DNA of 64,000 nt from contig NOWV01000019.1 in assembly GCA_003344405.1 (NCBI GenBank), positions 186,001 to 250,000 of the forward strand, written 5' to 3'. This DNA comes from Trichoplax sp. H2 (Eukaryota). The stretch's first letter is position 1; each line of letters opens with the position of its first letter. Position numbers and translations under genes: made by a program. Positions 52,301 to 64,000 of this stretch are shown piece by piece. The notes below the pieces were generated by a model, which saw nothing but the letters and a program-made list of their open reading frames with translations, did no database searches and was not told the DNA's origin.

Positions 52301-55300
52301 GTACATACATAGTACTTAATAAAATTTAAATTATCGTCTATTTATTAGTTATAAGCTACTTAAACAAGTATTATCTAATACAGCTTGTTTTGATAAATCA
52401 ATTTTGTACCTCAATTGTTTCTAGTTGACCAGAAAGAAATGCACGAACTTCTCGTCGAATTTCTTGTAAGCGAAGTTCTGATATTGGATCGTAACTGATT
52501 TTTCCACGATTAGCCTAAGGATTAAAAAATTGAAATATGTAATAAAGTAAAAAACAATTCTATTAAGAGAAATGTCCTTATATGTAAGTGAATGTTTCTA
52601 TAACTTACTAAGGTGCTATGCATAGCTAATTCTAGCTTTAATGCCTTGATTTCTTTTTCATATTGCAAAATCAATTGCTATTGGAAAAATAAAAGCAAAT
52701 TAATGCTCAAAAAGTAATTATTTACCCAATTATTAAACCTTCATTTAGATGTTCTTTAATTGTAAATAATATTTAGAGAAAATTTCAAAACTTACCGCTG
52801 CGTCGTAGTGGATATTTAATGCTGGCTCGCTCGGTACACACATAACTCTGGCTGCAAAGCGTAGTGTCGAAGACTGCAAGGATAAAGATTTCAGAAATAC
52901 ATTAATTTGAGATTGAATACAACTGTACTTACTGCTAGACTAGTGCAGTGTAATGTGATTACTGTATAGTCGACTATAATACTTACAGTTTCCTCAATCT
53001 GGCTTGATTCGCCCCAAATATTAGCAATCATTAGCGTATTGCATTTACCACCTACAAATATTGAATTTAATATCAGTAAGGCATGACAATTTGAAATATT
53101 CACTCTAGATTATAATATTATACCAATTGAATCCTTTAAAACATGGGTAAGTTTGGATTGACGATATGGTATATGCTCCCTTTTCTTGTCCGCTAATGCA
53201 ATGATGACCTATAACACAAAAAGTATCCAAATTTTATATGTTTGTTTTAGTTACATAAAATGCTAATAAATCAACAAAATACCTGTTCGAGGAACGTTAA
53301 AGATTTATTGATGTAGACAGCTTCCTTTTGGGTATCTCCTCTTGACTGTAAAATTAAAATATAGATATAGAAAGCGACTTTATATTGCTGCATGGGGATG
53401 ATGTTATCGTATCAACTAACATGAGATATTTATTCTACATTTCAATTTTATGTTAATTTCTTAATCAGATGAATATTGAATTTCTAGTAAATCTGGCATT
53501 AATTATTTTCGGTCTGTAGTGTTTAAAAATAGGACGCTTTATAATTACATACCCCTGTCTTTCCAAGCCTTTCTGAACCGGCTAAATCAACAAAATGGAG
53601 TTTGGAGGATATTACCTTAGCCATAGAATCGACTCTTGAACGTGACTATAGCGGATAAAAATGAAAAATAAATATAAATGCCAACATCATATCTGATTAT
53701 TTTTTCTATAGAAAATATCACACATACTAACCTCAATGTAAACGGTAAAGATGCAGTGCGAACGAGATGAGCTTTTGTTTAAAGCATGAGATGCGATAAC
53801 TCTGTTTGTTTCTCCCTATTTTTCGAATATATTACATTGATCAAATAGCCGTCAAGTTAAAATAATACTATAGCTAGTTACTGTGTCTCCAACCTCAAAT
53901 AACAAATTTAATGCTTCCTCTTCAGATGTAATACATTGTACTCGTAGACCTTTGACTGAGGTCGATCCGTTTGGATCCTAGTGTTTTTACGATGAAAGTT
54001 ATTACTACATTATTTGGAATGAAAATAGAGCATAAAGAAAGTACGTAAACAGCACATTACCTCTACCACCGACATAGGCTGTAATTGCTCATGTTGATAC
54101 AACTTTTGTTCCGGTAAAGTTGAAAGCAGGTCAAACATTGTTTCGTTATAAATTTCTAAATACGAGGCGCTGTAGGTGTTTTATTGAAGAAAATAAAAAA
54201 GTTTAGCTTTTAGAACTCATTCAATAATATATCAGTTGTTTAGCTTTGTGCTTCATATAATAAATAAATAGGTTATAGAATCAATTGTAACATGATATAC
54301 AGCACTTTAGTAAGCATCTTGGATGCATGAAATTACATAGATTAAATGTTATTGCTATTACCTAATATTATAGGCAGTGTCAGTATGTTCTTTAACATGT
54401 TGAAAGATCTTAGAGAGATAATATAATATTAATGAGATTAACTGTTTAGATAAAGATTTTTATACAATATTTTCAGAGATACTTAAAAGAGCTTCTTGAT
54501 CTTTATAAATATAAATTATGCTAGTAATTAGTCGTATGATAACGGGTTCTTACCTGGGCAATAGCTCTAGGTATAATGCCACGATTTTTGTAGTTTTCTG
54601 TTGTGCCAGTGATAGTAAATGTCTTACCAGCTCCAGTTTGTCCATATGCAAAAATAGTTGCTAAGATAAAATATGCAAAATTAGTGCTTCTATTTACTCA
54701 TAAAGTAGAAATTAGCAAAATAGCCTGACTTACAGTTATATCCATTTAAAGCTTTTGAAACTGTGTCTTTGCCACATTCATCATAAACGGCTTCTTGGCT
54801 TGCATTGTGTAGTACTTTATCCACATTAAATGTCCAATCTAATCGATAAGGAGAACGATGACGTCAAATTACGAGTTGAGCAAGTCGTGAGATCAAAGTT
54901 AAGTGTATCTCTGCTAGTATGCATAATTATGGAAAATTTGACCAACTAATTAATCTGAACTTGAATTAAAAGTGTAGGCGCTACATTAAATCAAAGAGTC
55001 ATACATAGTACAGTACTAGAAATTTGGATAGAGTCTGAAGTGGATTCATAAAGTTGGGTGGTCGTTATCATATTTACTTCATGTTTTATCCCCAAAAGCT
55101 AAATTTAGTCGATTTATAAATTCGCATAACTTACCATGGACCTTGTTGTTAATGAAAGAATTGTCAGTAGCCTTCTCATCGTGAAGCACTATAGTCTGAA
55201 GAAATCACAAAAGGATTAATACTTATACTTTAATAGGATTGAATAACTCGGCTTGAGTATGGCGTAAAATTAAAAGGTTGCTAAGTTTCTTTTATGATTT

Positions 55301-55992
55301 TAATTCATGCCAAGGCGATAATCTATAGTCTATTCAATTTAATACGTTGTAAGTATGGCGGAAATCGTAAGTATAGGCATAATAGCATTGCTTCTTTGAA
55401 AACTCTATAAGGTAACACAGAGTCTTATTGAATAGTATATATATTGAGTATCTGTTAACTACTAGAGCAGAATGATTGTTTGATTACTGTGACTGAAAGT
55501 AAGTGATGTCTAACTGACTGTACTGGCCTTAAATTAGAAAATGTGGTAGATATGCAACCGTTGGGATTTTCAAGCATAAGAATTGACTATTTATAACAGT
55601 ATCCTACGTTACGATTCATATTCCAGTCACGATGATTACTTCATTAATTAAGTTATCAATTGATGGAATATTGTAATTAATAAAATTGAAATCATTCCAG
55701 TTAATACCATTGGCCGTAGGACGGTATTAAATGCAAAAGGAATGACGATATTGAAGAAAAATTTAGGGATATTGTATGTTATCATAAAATTGATTTCTAC
55801 TGAAAAAATTTGTCGAGTGCCTGATGTACACAAGAGTTAGAGTAGGCCTATAGTTAGTGCTGTGATTTTAATTAAGATTTGAAGAATCGCAAATATTACC
55901 TTATGATCTGGTTCTATTTTCATGAATTCATGAGCAAAGTTGGCCGTCGGTTTGCTTCGGACGACAACCTTGACACGCGAGTTTTTACTCAT
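49315..55992 (-). CDS. KIF9: Kinesin-9 family motor KIF9, multi-exon
   Basis: N-terminus [42 protein letters not shown]-loop [18 protein letters not shown], switch I NKSSSRSH, switch [43 protein letters not shown]9-type tail [44 protein letters not shown] and DSAAFYNA. Stop at 49315-49317. Confidence 0.95.
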
Positions 55993-56185
55993 GGTACCTA
56001 CCAATGGATAGTCGACAATTTGATTTCAAGGATAAATTAAAAAATTGTAATGGAAGCGTCCAATTGAATTTATTTCCTGAATTGGTTAACAATCTGCGAT
56101 CTTTTACTTTTACTATAAACTTAGTGCTGCAGTTAAATGAAGTGGACGATATCGCTTGATTAGCTACGTATACAAACGAAGTTCT

Positions 56186-56199
56186 GTTTCTATGGAAAC
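56186..56199. promoter_or_regulatory. RFX X-box in the KIF9 upstream region
   Basis: GTTTCTATGGAAAC is a perfect match to GTHNYYATRRNAAC, ~195 bp upstream of the KIF9 ATG. Confidence 0.75.
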
Positions 56200-56397
56200 G
56201 CCAGAAATCAGAGGGTCGTTTCTGCAGGAGAATGAATTCACTGTAGTACAGTACTTTCGTTCCTTCTAAAGTGCGTACTGTACACTGTACACTGTAGCGC
56301 CCATTGCGGACAGCCATAACGGCCAGGTTGGCGCTGGATATACCAATAAATATCAATATATGAGAATGGAGTCTTGATCAGATGCTTAAAATGCTTT

Positions 56398-56798
56398 ATG
56401 GCTGTTCCCTCGTCCCACCAAGTACATTATCCCGATCATCTGAGGGAATCTTTATCTAGTCTGAAGTTTAATTCAGCTCGACCGATCCGAAATCCGATGT
56501 AAAAGCCTTACAGTACACCTATTGATATTTGCCTAATATTGGCGGCACACATTTTAAATGATTCGTTCAGATAATCGGGATAGTAGTGTACTTTGTCATT
56601 ATCTGAACGAATCTTAACGCACACCTATGCAGTATCATTGCCATTGATGGAAATGGGCGTCTTCCTAGTAATCCAGAGTTGTTAGTGACAGAGCATGAAT
56701 AATTAATTTCAATGGAATCTCTAAAGCGTGCATTTTGTACAACTTCGACATACATTCTTAGCTGGTTTACTGTGCAATACCGGCGTCGTCATCGTTAG
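56398..56798 (+). CDS. Candidate 3-exon microprotein gene (61 aa), divergent from KIF9
   Basis: Exons 56398-56498, 56633-56680 and 56762-56798, joined through GT-AG introns of 134 and 81 nt (both phase 2), give MAVPSSHQVHYPDHLRESLSSLKFNSARPIRNPIIIAIDGNGRLPSNPEFWFTVQYRRRHR*. Confidence 0.5.
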
Positions 56799-58449
56799 CC
56801 ATCAATTGGAATTTTACTTGTTCTAAGCTATATATCAGGATTGACCATGAATGAAACCGTGAATACCTTCGTTGTAACATCGCAAGGAAATTAGAAGAGT
56901 TACTCTGAGTAATATTGCAAATAAGGAATTCTTCTATTTGTCCTTCGCTAAATTCTCAAGAAGCATAATATGGACTGCAATAAGCTTAGAAACCTCACAT
57001 TTGTGTTCATTATTCACAAGGATGGAAAGCAGCATCGATTATCATGCTTAAGGTAATATTTTTTTGCATTGATTATATATCACCACACGCTATACTTTAA
57101 TGAACACACCAAAAATACAGATATGCACATACTATTTTATTGTCGCCAAATAGTATGCTTCGATATTCTTTAAAAATACCGTTATCTAGGACGTTATACA
57201 TACTTTGATCGATAATTGCCTAGTTTTATGATATTTTTGATAAACTGATAATTAATGTTTGTTTATTTTGACTATAAATTAACAGATTTTTAAATAAGGT
57301 TTGGTTTAAATTTTGTCTATGGGAAACTAGTGTTCATTACTACCTCCTGACGATTGAGAAATTGTCTGCATTGAGTGTTGTACTTTAGGTAGATGTTAGA
57401 GAGGGCAAATTTGACGGTAGACCCAAGCGTTCGTACTAATTTCTTCATTAAAAAAATATACAATTTTAACAAATTTTTAACATCCTCAATCTTTTTATAG
57501 TCGATAGAAAATTCACATATTAAAATCAAATTGCTAATAATCCAGTATTGTCCAACAAGAAGCCTTTTATATTTGCTGATATTATTATTCGAGTTATTTT
57601 AATGCCGATAACATCATGATCCACTCTGAAGTATATATTATTTAGCGTAAGATCCCATAATTACATAATGTACCTGAACAATTAGTACATTGGCGTTGTT
57701 TTTGCAGGATTGGTTTATCGCTTCATTACTTGCCACTTGTTATTAGACTTGATTCAATAGTTAGTTGATGGCAGAGAAGACGGTCTCCTGAACTAATATG
57801 ATATTCTAATCATATTTACTATCAACCACCACGCAATTGATATACCAAAACTAGATAGAGATATACAAGGTTAGAAACTTTATCGATAGAAACAATCTAA
57901 AGTAAATTAAAATTTCATTTAGTAAGTGCAATTAGAGGCAAATTGAGTGACTGATAGGGCATAGAAGAGTATACTGTACATGTATTAAGACATTCAATTA
58001 AGATAAGAACACAAGCGTATAGGAAGGGCGCGAAGATATGGAAGATTTTTTAATCAATAATGGTAGATAATATTACTTAAATAGCATTTTGTTAACTTTT
58101 GAATCATCTAACTATGTTTACGGAATTGCTGTATAAATATCATTATTCATTGTCTACGTAAGAGAGATTTATATTAAAGTTTAATAGTTGTTTTTACATA
58201 GCTCTGAAAATTATGATTACCATGAGCAATTGACAGGTATATTCAATCAATAAGCTGAATAGATGTTGTCAACTGAATGCAATAATCGTACCTTTCCATG
58301 CAAATTTGGGTAAAATTTGCAACGGTACGGGGTAACAAATGGTTTTATAATTGTTGCCTAGATTTTACCACTTATAAACAGTGTCAATTAGGCATGTCAA
58401 TATGGCTGATTGCAAATAGAAATGATAGAATAAATTCAACAATTTACTT

Positions 58450-59530
58450 TCCATTTTATTACTTGAAATTTCCATTCATGATAAAGCATGACGATATCGA
58501 AATGAAGCTTACTTATGCATATTAAAAGAATCTTCAATTTGTTTTTAGTATAACCCAGGCTAATACCATCACACTATGTAAGTGTCTATATCTATACAGA
58601 GTCGTATTGCTAGAGGATTAATTTAACAAGCGCTTACACTTCCTAGATATCTGAGCGAACGCCATCGCTGTAAAAGATTATGCGTTTATTTTGTAACAGT
58701 CGAGATCTAAAGAAATCATACGACATGATATTACTGATAGGATATTTAATACGGCCTCGTGTGCAATTATGCGGCGAAATAAAACCAATATGACTCCTAT
58801 TTTAAACAGACTGGGCAAACAATTTCATTGCCTTCCATTCTTTCAATGACGTCCGATAGCAAAGTTATATCGAATTTGAAATAATCATCTACCACAGATT
58901 GTAAGAGCTTTTTCTCTACCATGTCGAAATAAATCAAATCAAATCATGATAATTTAGAGGCTAGTTGTCGAAAGTAATCGTCGTAGTGCAATAGTCAAAC
59001 AAGGAATCCTACTTCAATGTCACACTAAGAATCGCATCGTTACAGTATAAGCTAAAACTAGTAATGATTGTTTATTATTTATCAAACCTTCTTTAATTAA
59101 GGTTAATTCTTCTTCCATTTCTCCAAAACTGATAGGACATACTCAGCTTTATCAAAATTTTCTTGCTTTTAAGTCTAAAATATTACCAAGGCAAAAGAGG
59201 ATTAAAACGTAATAAACATTAATTTTCAGTGACTATTGAATTGATCTACTAATGTAATATATACGATAATGATTGATACGGTAAGGGTTCTACTATATAT
59301 CACGATTGCGAAAAGTGCCTCTTTCGAAAAAAGAAAATGAGATGATTGAATAAGATTAGTAAAAGAATAGAAATATAAGAAAGCAAGCGGCCAGTTGGTC
59401 GGTGTTGATCGATGTCGTGATGATCAATTTCAGGAGAATTTGTTCGCACCATACTGTTATTAAGGCAAACGTAATTAGCCATTCGTTCAATTCTCGTCAA
59501 TTTCTTATGTTTCTTTTACCATTTTCTGGC
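58450..59530 (-). pseudogene. RPAIN: Decayed RPA-interacting protein (RPAIN/RIP)-like gene
   Basis: Fragments AEYVLSVLE[frameshift]MEEELTLIKE|EKKLLQSVVDDYFKFDITLLSDVIERMEGNEIVCPVCLK|SRLLQNKRIIFYSDGVRSDI*|CDGISLGYTKN.. follow the RPAIN layout (VLEEIQQEL...YE..LQFDE..L...ICPVC.K..L...C.CGL). Lesions include a frameshift, a GT>AT donor at 58799-58800 and a TAG at 58643-58645. Confidence 0.68.
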
Positions 59531-60482
59531 AGTCGATTAATAGAGTAATATTAGCAGTCTAATAAAAAAATTCTCATTCTACTTGCTTAGGGTAGAGTCA
59601 GAGAATTCCCTAGTAGAGTATCGTCGATAGGCTAGTTAACCGTACTGTACAGTCAATCTGATGGACATAAAATATTTTGTTAACAATATTTAATGCCCTG
59701 CTTCAGTAAATCAGAATAACTAATTTTATATATATAATGATGCATACTACTGAATCTGTACTAATCTAAATTGAATAGATTAAGTAAGCCGTATCCAAAC
59801 GTAAGACATAGATATCAATTATGTAGTATATCTGAATTTGTATTACTTCAAATCAAGTAACGAAGTTCCAATGTGGTTTCATAAATTGATATTACGTATG
59901 CTTTTGATAAAATACTAATTCTTGATACTTGAATAGTTTTAAATGAGCTTTTGATTCTAGTTTTATTTCAATGCTTAAACGTTAACAACAGGAAAATCGA
60001 TATTACAATTATTATTTTTAGTCAAATTAAGGAAAGCAAGGTATAAAATATCCTATCATGGCAGTGCCATGACAGAGAATTATAATACTGATAATTACTA
60101 TTTTACGAGTATTCACGTACAGTAAGATGAAATAGCTTTAATAATATTATATTGCTGTAAATATATACAATTTTAAATTTCAAGTAATGTAAGAGCACCA
60201 GATTATGCATTCCATAAATAACAATATTGATATATGACTAGATAACAAAAAGATGTTTGATTATATAGTTTATCCAAACCACTTGTACATTCCGAATTCT
60301 ATGATAAACTGATAACAATAATAAGTACATTCGAGACCATATTCTTTCTTACGTAGAAAGTTTAGCAGTTTCCTGTAACAAGACTCTTCACTAGCATTTA
60401 TAAATGTTTATTTATGCCTACAATAATGCAACGTTACGTAATGGAATAAAATCTATACAAGTTTTACCTATTCATAGCAACC

Positions 60483-62487
60483 TTAGAATCTTAAAGGTCG
60501 AGTTGTAGCCATTCCTTCATTTTCACTAACTTCTTTAGCTATACTTGAGTAAGCAGTAAAGCGGTCTAAACTTTTTTTCGTAATTGCTTCGGCTAGATTT
60601 TGTTCAACTCTTTCACAACACTAATATAATAAATACATTATTTTTATTATTCAAGCCCAATTTTATACCTGCTTCAATGAAGTAACGAGTAAAACCTCTG
60701 AATAATGAATAATATTATATGCAAACCTCATCAATAAGTGTAGACGCCAATAGTCTCTCATGATCTGCTGTCGGTAAATTACTACTGATCGCTTTACTTG
60801 CTCTAGATAATACTGCAGCCATAGAGTAAATATCAATTGTAGCGTTGGCTATGCGGGTTAATATAAACTGCTGGTCGACGATATTTCGGCCATGTTGGAT
60901 TAGTATCTTTTCTATCGTAGCACCAAATTCTTCAATGCGTTGTGTAATCATCTTAGCACAATCGCTTAGTTCAGGTGCAGTTACCTCGAGTAGCTCTTGA
61001 CTGTCAGCCTTGCCTATAAGACGTTTCGATCGTTTAACACCTTGATTCCATAGTGTACCGAAATTGGAGATTGGCTGCTGCAACGCTTTCTGTAGTTCTT
61101 TCATATTCTTTCCAGCATACTGAATACCGTTTAAGGCAATAAATTGGCGTAAAACATCGTTGGCACCTTCAAATATACGACAAACTCGTGCATCTCTCAT
61201 GAAACGTTCTGCTTGATTTTCTCTCATAAATCCCATACCAGCTAATATTTGTATGCAATCATCGCTTACTTTCCAAGCTGATTCAGAACTTAATACTTTA
61301 CTGATAGCAGCTTCAACTTGAAATTCTTTAATGCCTCTATCCATGTTATTACTCACAGCATAGGCGACCGATTCGACAGCGTAGTGAGTGAGACCCATTT
61401 GAGCAATTTTTTCTTGTATTGATTGATATTCGATTAAATGCCGGCCAAATTGAACTCGATTTTTAGCATGCTCGATAGTTTTAGTCATTAAGGTTCGAAT
61501 TATACCAGTCATGGTGGCGCCCATAGCATATCGACCTTCATTGAGTATATTCATAGCTACTTTAAAACCCTCACCGACTTTACCTATCACGTTCTCTACT
61601 GGTATTTTGACATCATCGAAATAGACTGCCGTAGTATTGGATGACCTTATTCCCATCTTTTTCTCTGGAGGACCGCTAGTAACACCGCCGAAATCTCTCT
61701 CTACTATAAAAGCTGTCACTGCTTGAGATTCTTTATCGGAATCGTTCTTCTTGATTGGAACTTGAGCGAATACAGTCATCACATCGGCTATGCCGCCATT
61801 GCTAATCCATATTTTGTTGCCATTTAATATGTAATGCTTGCCATCATCATCAAGGACAGCTGTGCTACGGATAGAATTGGCATCCGATCCAGCTGAGGGT
61901 TCGGTTAAACAAAAAGCAGCAATTTTATCGCCAGTTGCTAAACTTGGTAAATACTTTTGCTTTTGTTGCTCGTTGCCAAAGAGTACGATCCCTTTATAAC
62001 CGATGGCTTGATGGCCGGCCATAAATACGGCAATGGATAAATCGAACGATCCTATGATTTCAGATATTCGTGCATATTGTGTTCTCTTTAATTGCATTCC
62101 ACCATATTCTTGCGGAGCTTGCATACCAAGGGCACCAAGCTCCTTCAGTACTTCGATCGATTTCTTGGGCAATTTTTCATCCAGATCACATTGCGATGCA
62201 TCATGAACTTCACGGAAATATTTCTCCAAGGGATCAATCATAAGTTTGACTGTGTCTTTGGATTCATCATCGAGTGCATCAGGGTAAGGGAATAGCTGTT
62301 GTGTTTTCACATTACCACAGTAAACACCTAAAGCAAATGAAGAATCCATATGATGGATTGCTATTGGCTGATCTGATAGAAGACGTAGACGATTGATTGC
62401 CATACCATGACGATGAATTTTAATGCCACTATGACAGTAGCGAAAAATTCTTGACGTTGAATTAATGGTAAATCGCAATTGAGACAT
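60483..62487 (-). CDS. ACADVL: Very-long-chain acyl-CoA dehydrogenase (ACADVL/ACAD9 clade), mitochondrial, 2 coding exons
   Basis: Exon 62487-60727 (587 codons) plus exon 60620-60483. Motifs FCLTEPSAGSDA, LNGNKIWISNGG, GPPEKKMGIRSSNT, RVQFG, RIFEGANDVLR, the VLCAD-type C-terminal extension and a final PLRF*. The N-terminus is Arg/Ser-rich and presequence-like. Confidence 0.92.
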
Positions 62488-63462
62488 AATACTATCAAAT
62501 AAGATAGAAAGAGGTATCATTAATTACTCAAGAAGCCAATCATTACTTCACAAAACCAATACAATATAATTGGTCATATTTATAGCAGCTTTTAACTTTC
62601 CATAATTTACAGTACAGTCATCAGCCGTGTAAAACATGAAGATGACACTATCTTTCCACGTTACTTGATACTCACCATAAGGAATGGAAGTCGCAACGAA
62701 GGATAGGAGAAAGATGAAAAGCCAACCGCTAGCGTTCTTGCTCACTTTTGACTACTGTAAAATAGTGTATAAGTTAACATATATATGACATATACACTAC
62801 ACGTATGTTACGTTAACTGTTAACTAGTACAGTATCATAAATAAACAAATCCCGCCTTAAATCGCAAAAGGCTAATCGTGGAAGTTGTAGTGCTGCATAC
62901 AGTACATACTGTCTGATGTCTACTGTGTACACATCATATGTTATGGAATGTAGGACCATTACTAATTACAATAACTGGTAGCATCCTGCTGGCGGTCTCC
63001 CTTATGTTTATTGTTCATCTACATTTTACTATATTAATTTACACTATATCCTGTATCCGTATAATTATGTTTTTCTTCAGATATGTATTATATTATAATT
63101 GTACAAGATGATGCTGATCATAACGTTAATGCATATTACTCGTTCATCCACAATGTCAAGCAAGATTGCAGACGTTCTTCCTTTAATGATGGCTGATTAG
63201 CATATTGACTTAATCTAGTGCAAACCCTGCTGTGCACAGTAATGTGATCGATGGCAGTCGATAGAATTGCATTTAGGAGATGATTGCAATTAAGCAATGA
63301 GAATACTGTAAATGGTTACCGATGTAAGACAGCATCATCCTGCTAGCACAAGATAATTTCTATCGCACCTCTGTACTAGGAACAAAGTGATATCAAGCGA
63401 CTCTTGTTTACTACAAAAAAAGTCAAGCCCGATGTAAACATCGAGCATACGCCTATATAGTA

Positions 63463-63965
63463 AATGGCTTCTAGAGTAATTCTTTGTTCGCAAAGATGAT
63501 TGCTGGTTAAAATAAAATCACTTGGTTTATCCTAATAGATGTAGAAATAATCAACGTGTTAATAAATGGCTTCTAGAGCAATTCTTTGCTGCCAAAGATG
63601 ACTACCAGTTAAAATAAAATCACTTGGTTTATCCTAATAGATGTAGAAATAATCAACGTGTTAATGAATGGCTTCTAGAGTAATTCTTTGTTCTCAAAGA
63701 TGACTGGTGGTTAAAATAAAATCGCTTGATTTATCCTAATGGATGTAGAAATAATCAACGTGTTAATGAATGGCTTCTAGAGTAATTCTTCGTTCTCAAA
63801 GACGACTACTAGTTAAAATAAAATCAATTGGTTTACCCTAATAGATGTAGAAACAATCAACGTGTTAATGAATGTTTTCTAAAGTAATTTCTTAGTTGTC
63901 AAAGATGACTACTAGTTAAAATAAAATTACTTGATTTATCCTAACAGATTTAGAAATAATCAATG
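63463..63965. repeat. Minisatellite of 5 x 102 bp
   Basis: AATGGCTTCTAGAGTAATTCTTTGTT..CAAAGATGACT...GTTAAAATAAAATCACTTGGTTTATCCTAATAGATGTAGAAATAATCAACGTGTTAAT repeats with a 102-bp period. Confidence 0.96.
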
Positions 63966-64000
63966 CGAAGAATTTACAAATGCGGTGACTTTACGCCTTA

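Noticed and set aside
55985..56356. 123-aa minus-strand ORF upstream of KIF9
   Set aside because: It spans the promoter (X-box and TACTGTAC motifs), is out of frame with KIF9 and does not look protein-like.

Overview
Eukaryotic, AT-rich, compact genomic DNA with many short GT-AG introns and animal-type genes. The style suggests a non-bilaterian animal such as a placozoan (Trichoplax-like), but that is inference. Manual exon joining supports seven intact genes: a VPS9-domain protein (+, ~12127-17996, 5' end unresolved), an SLC15/PTR2 oligopeptide transporter (-), EFHB (+), SMIM15 (-), a single-exon 190-aa Cys/His protein (-), KIF9 (-) and an almost intronless ACADVL-like gene (-). There is also a decayed RPAIN-like pseudogene (-) and a candidate 3-exon, 61-aa microprotein gene lying head-to-head with KIF9 across an RFX X-box. 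Two gene-free blocks (~1-11700 and ~25900-32300) contain unrelated minisatellite arrays and fragments of intronless, stop-interrupted ORFs, possibly relics of a virus or transposon. A 20-N assembly gap lies at 7673-7692. I found no CRISPR array, rRNA, tRNA or recognisable transposase. All family assignments come from motifs recognised by eye, not from database searches.
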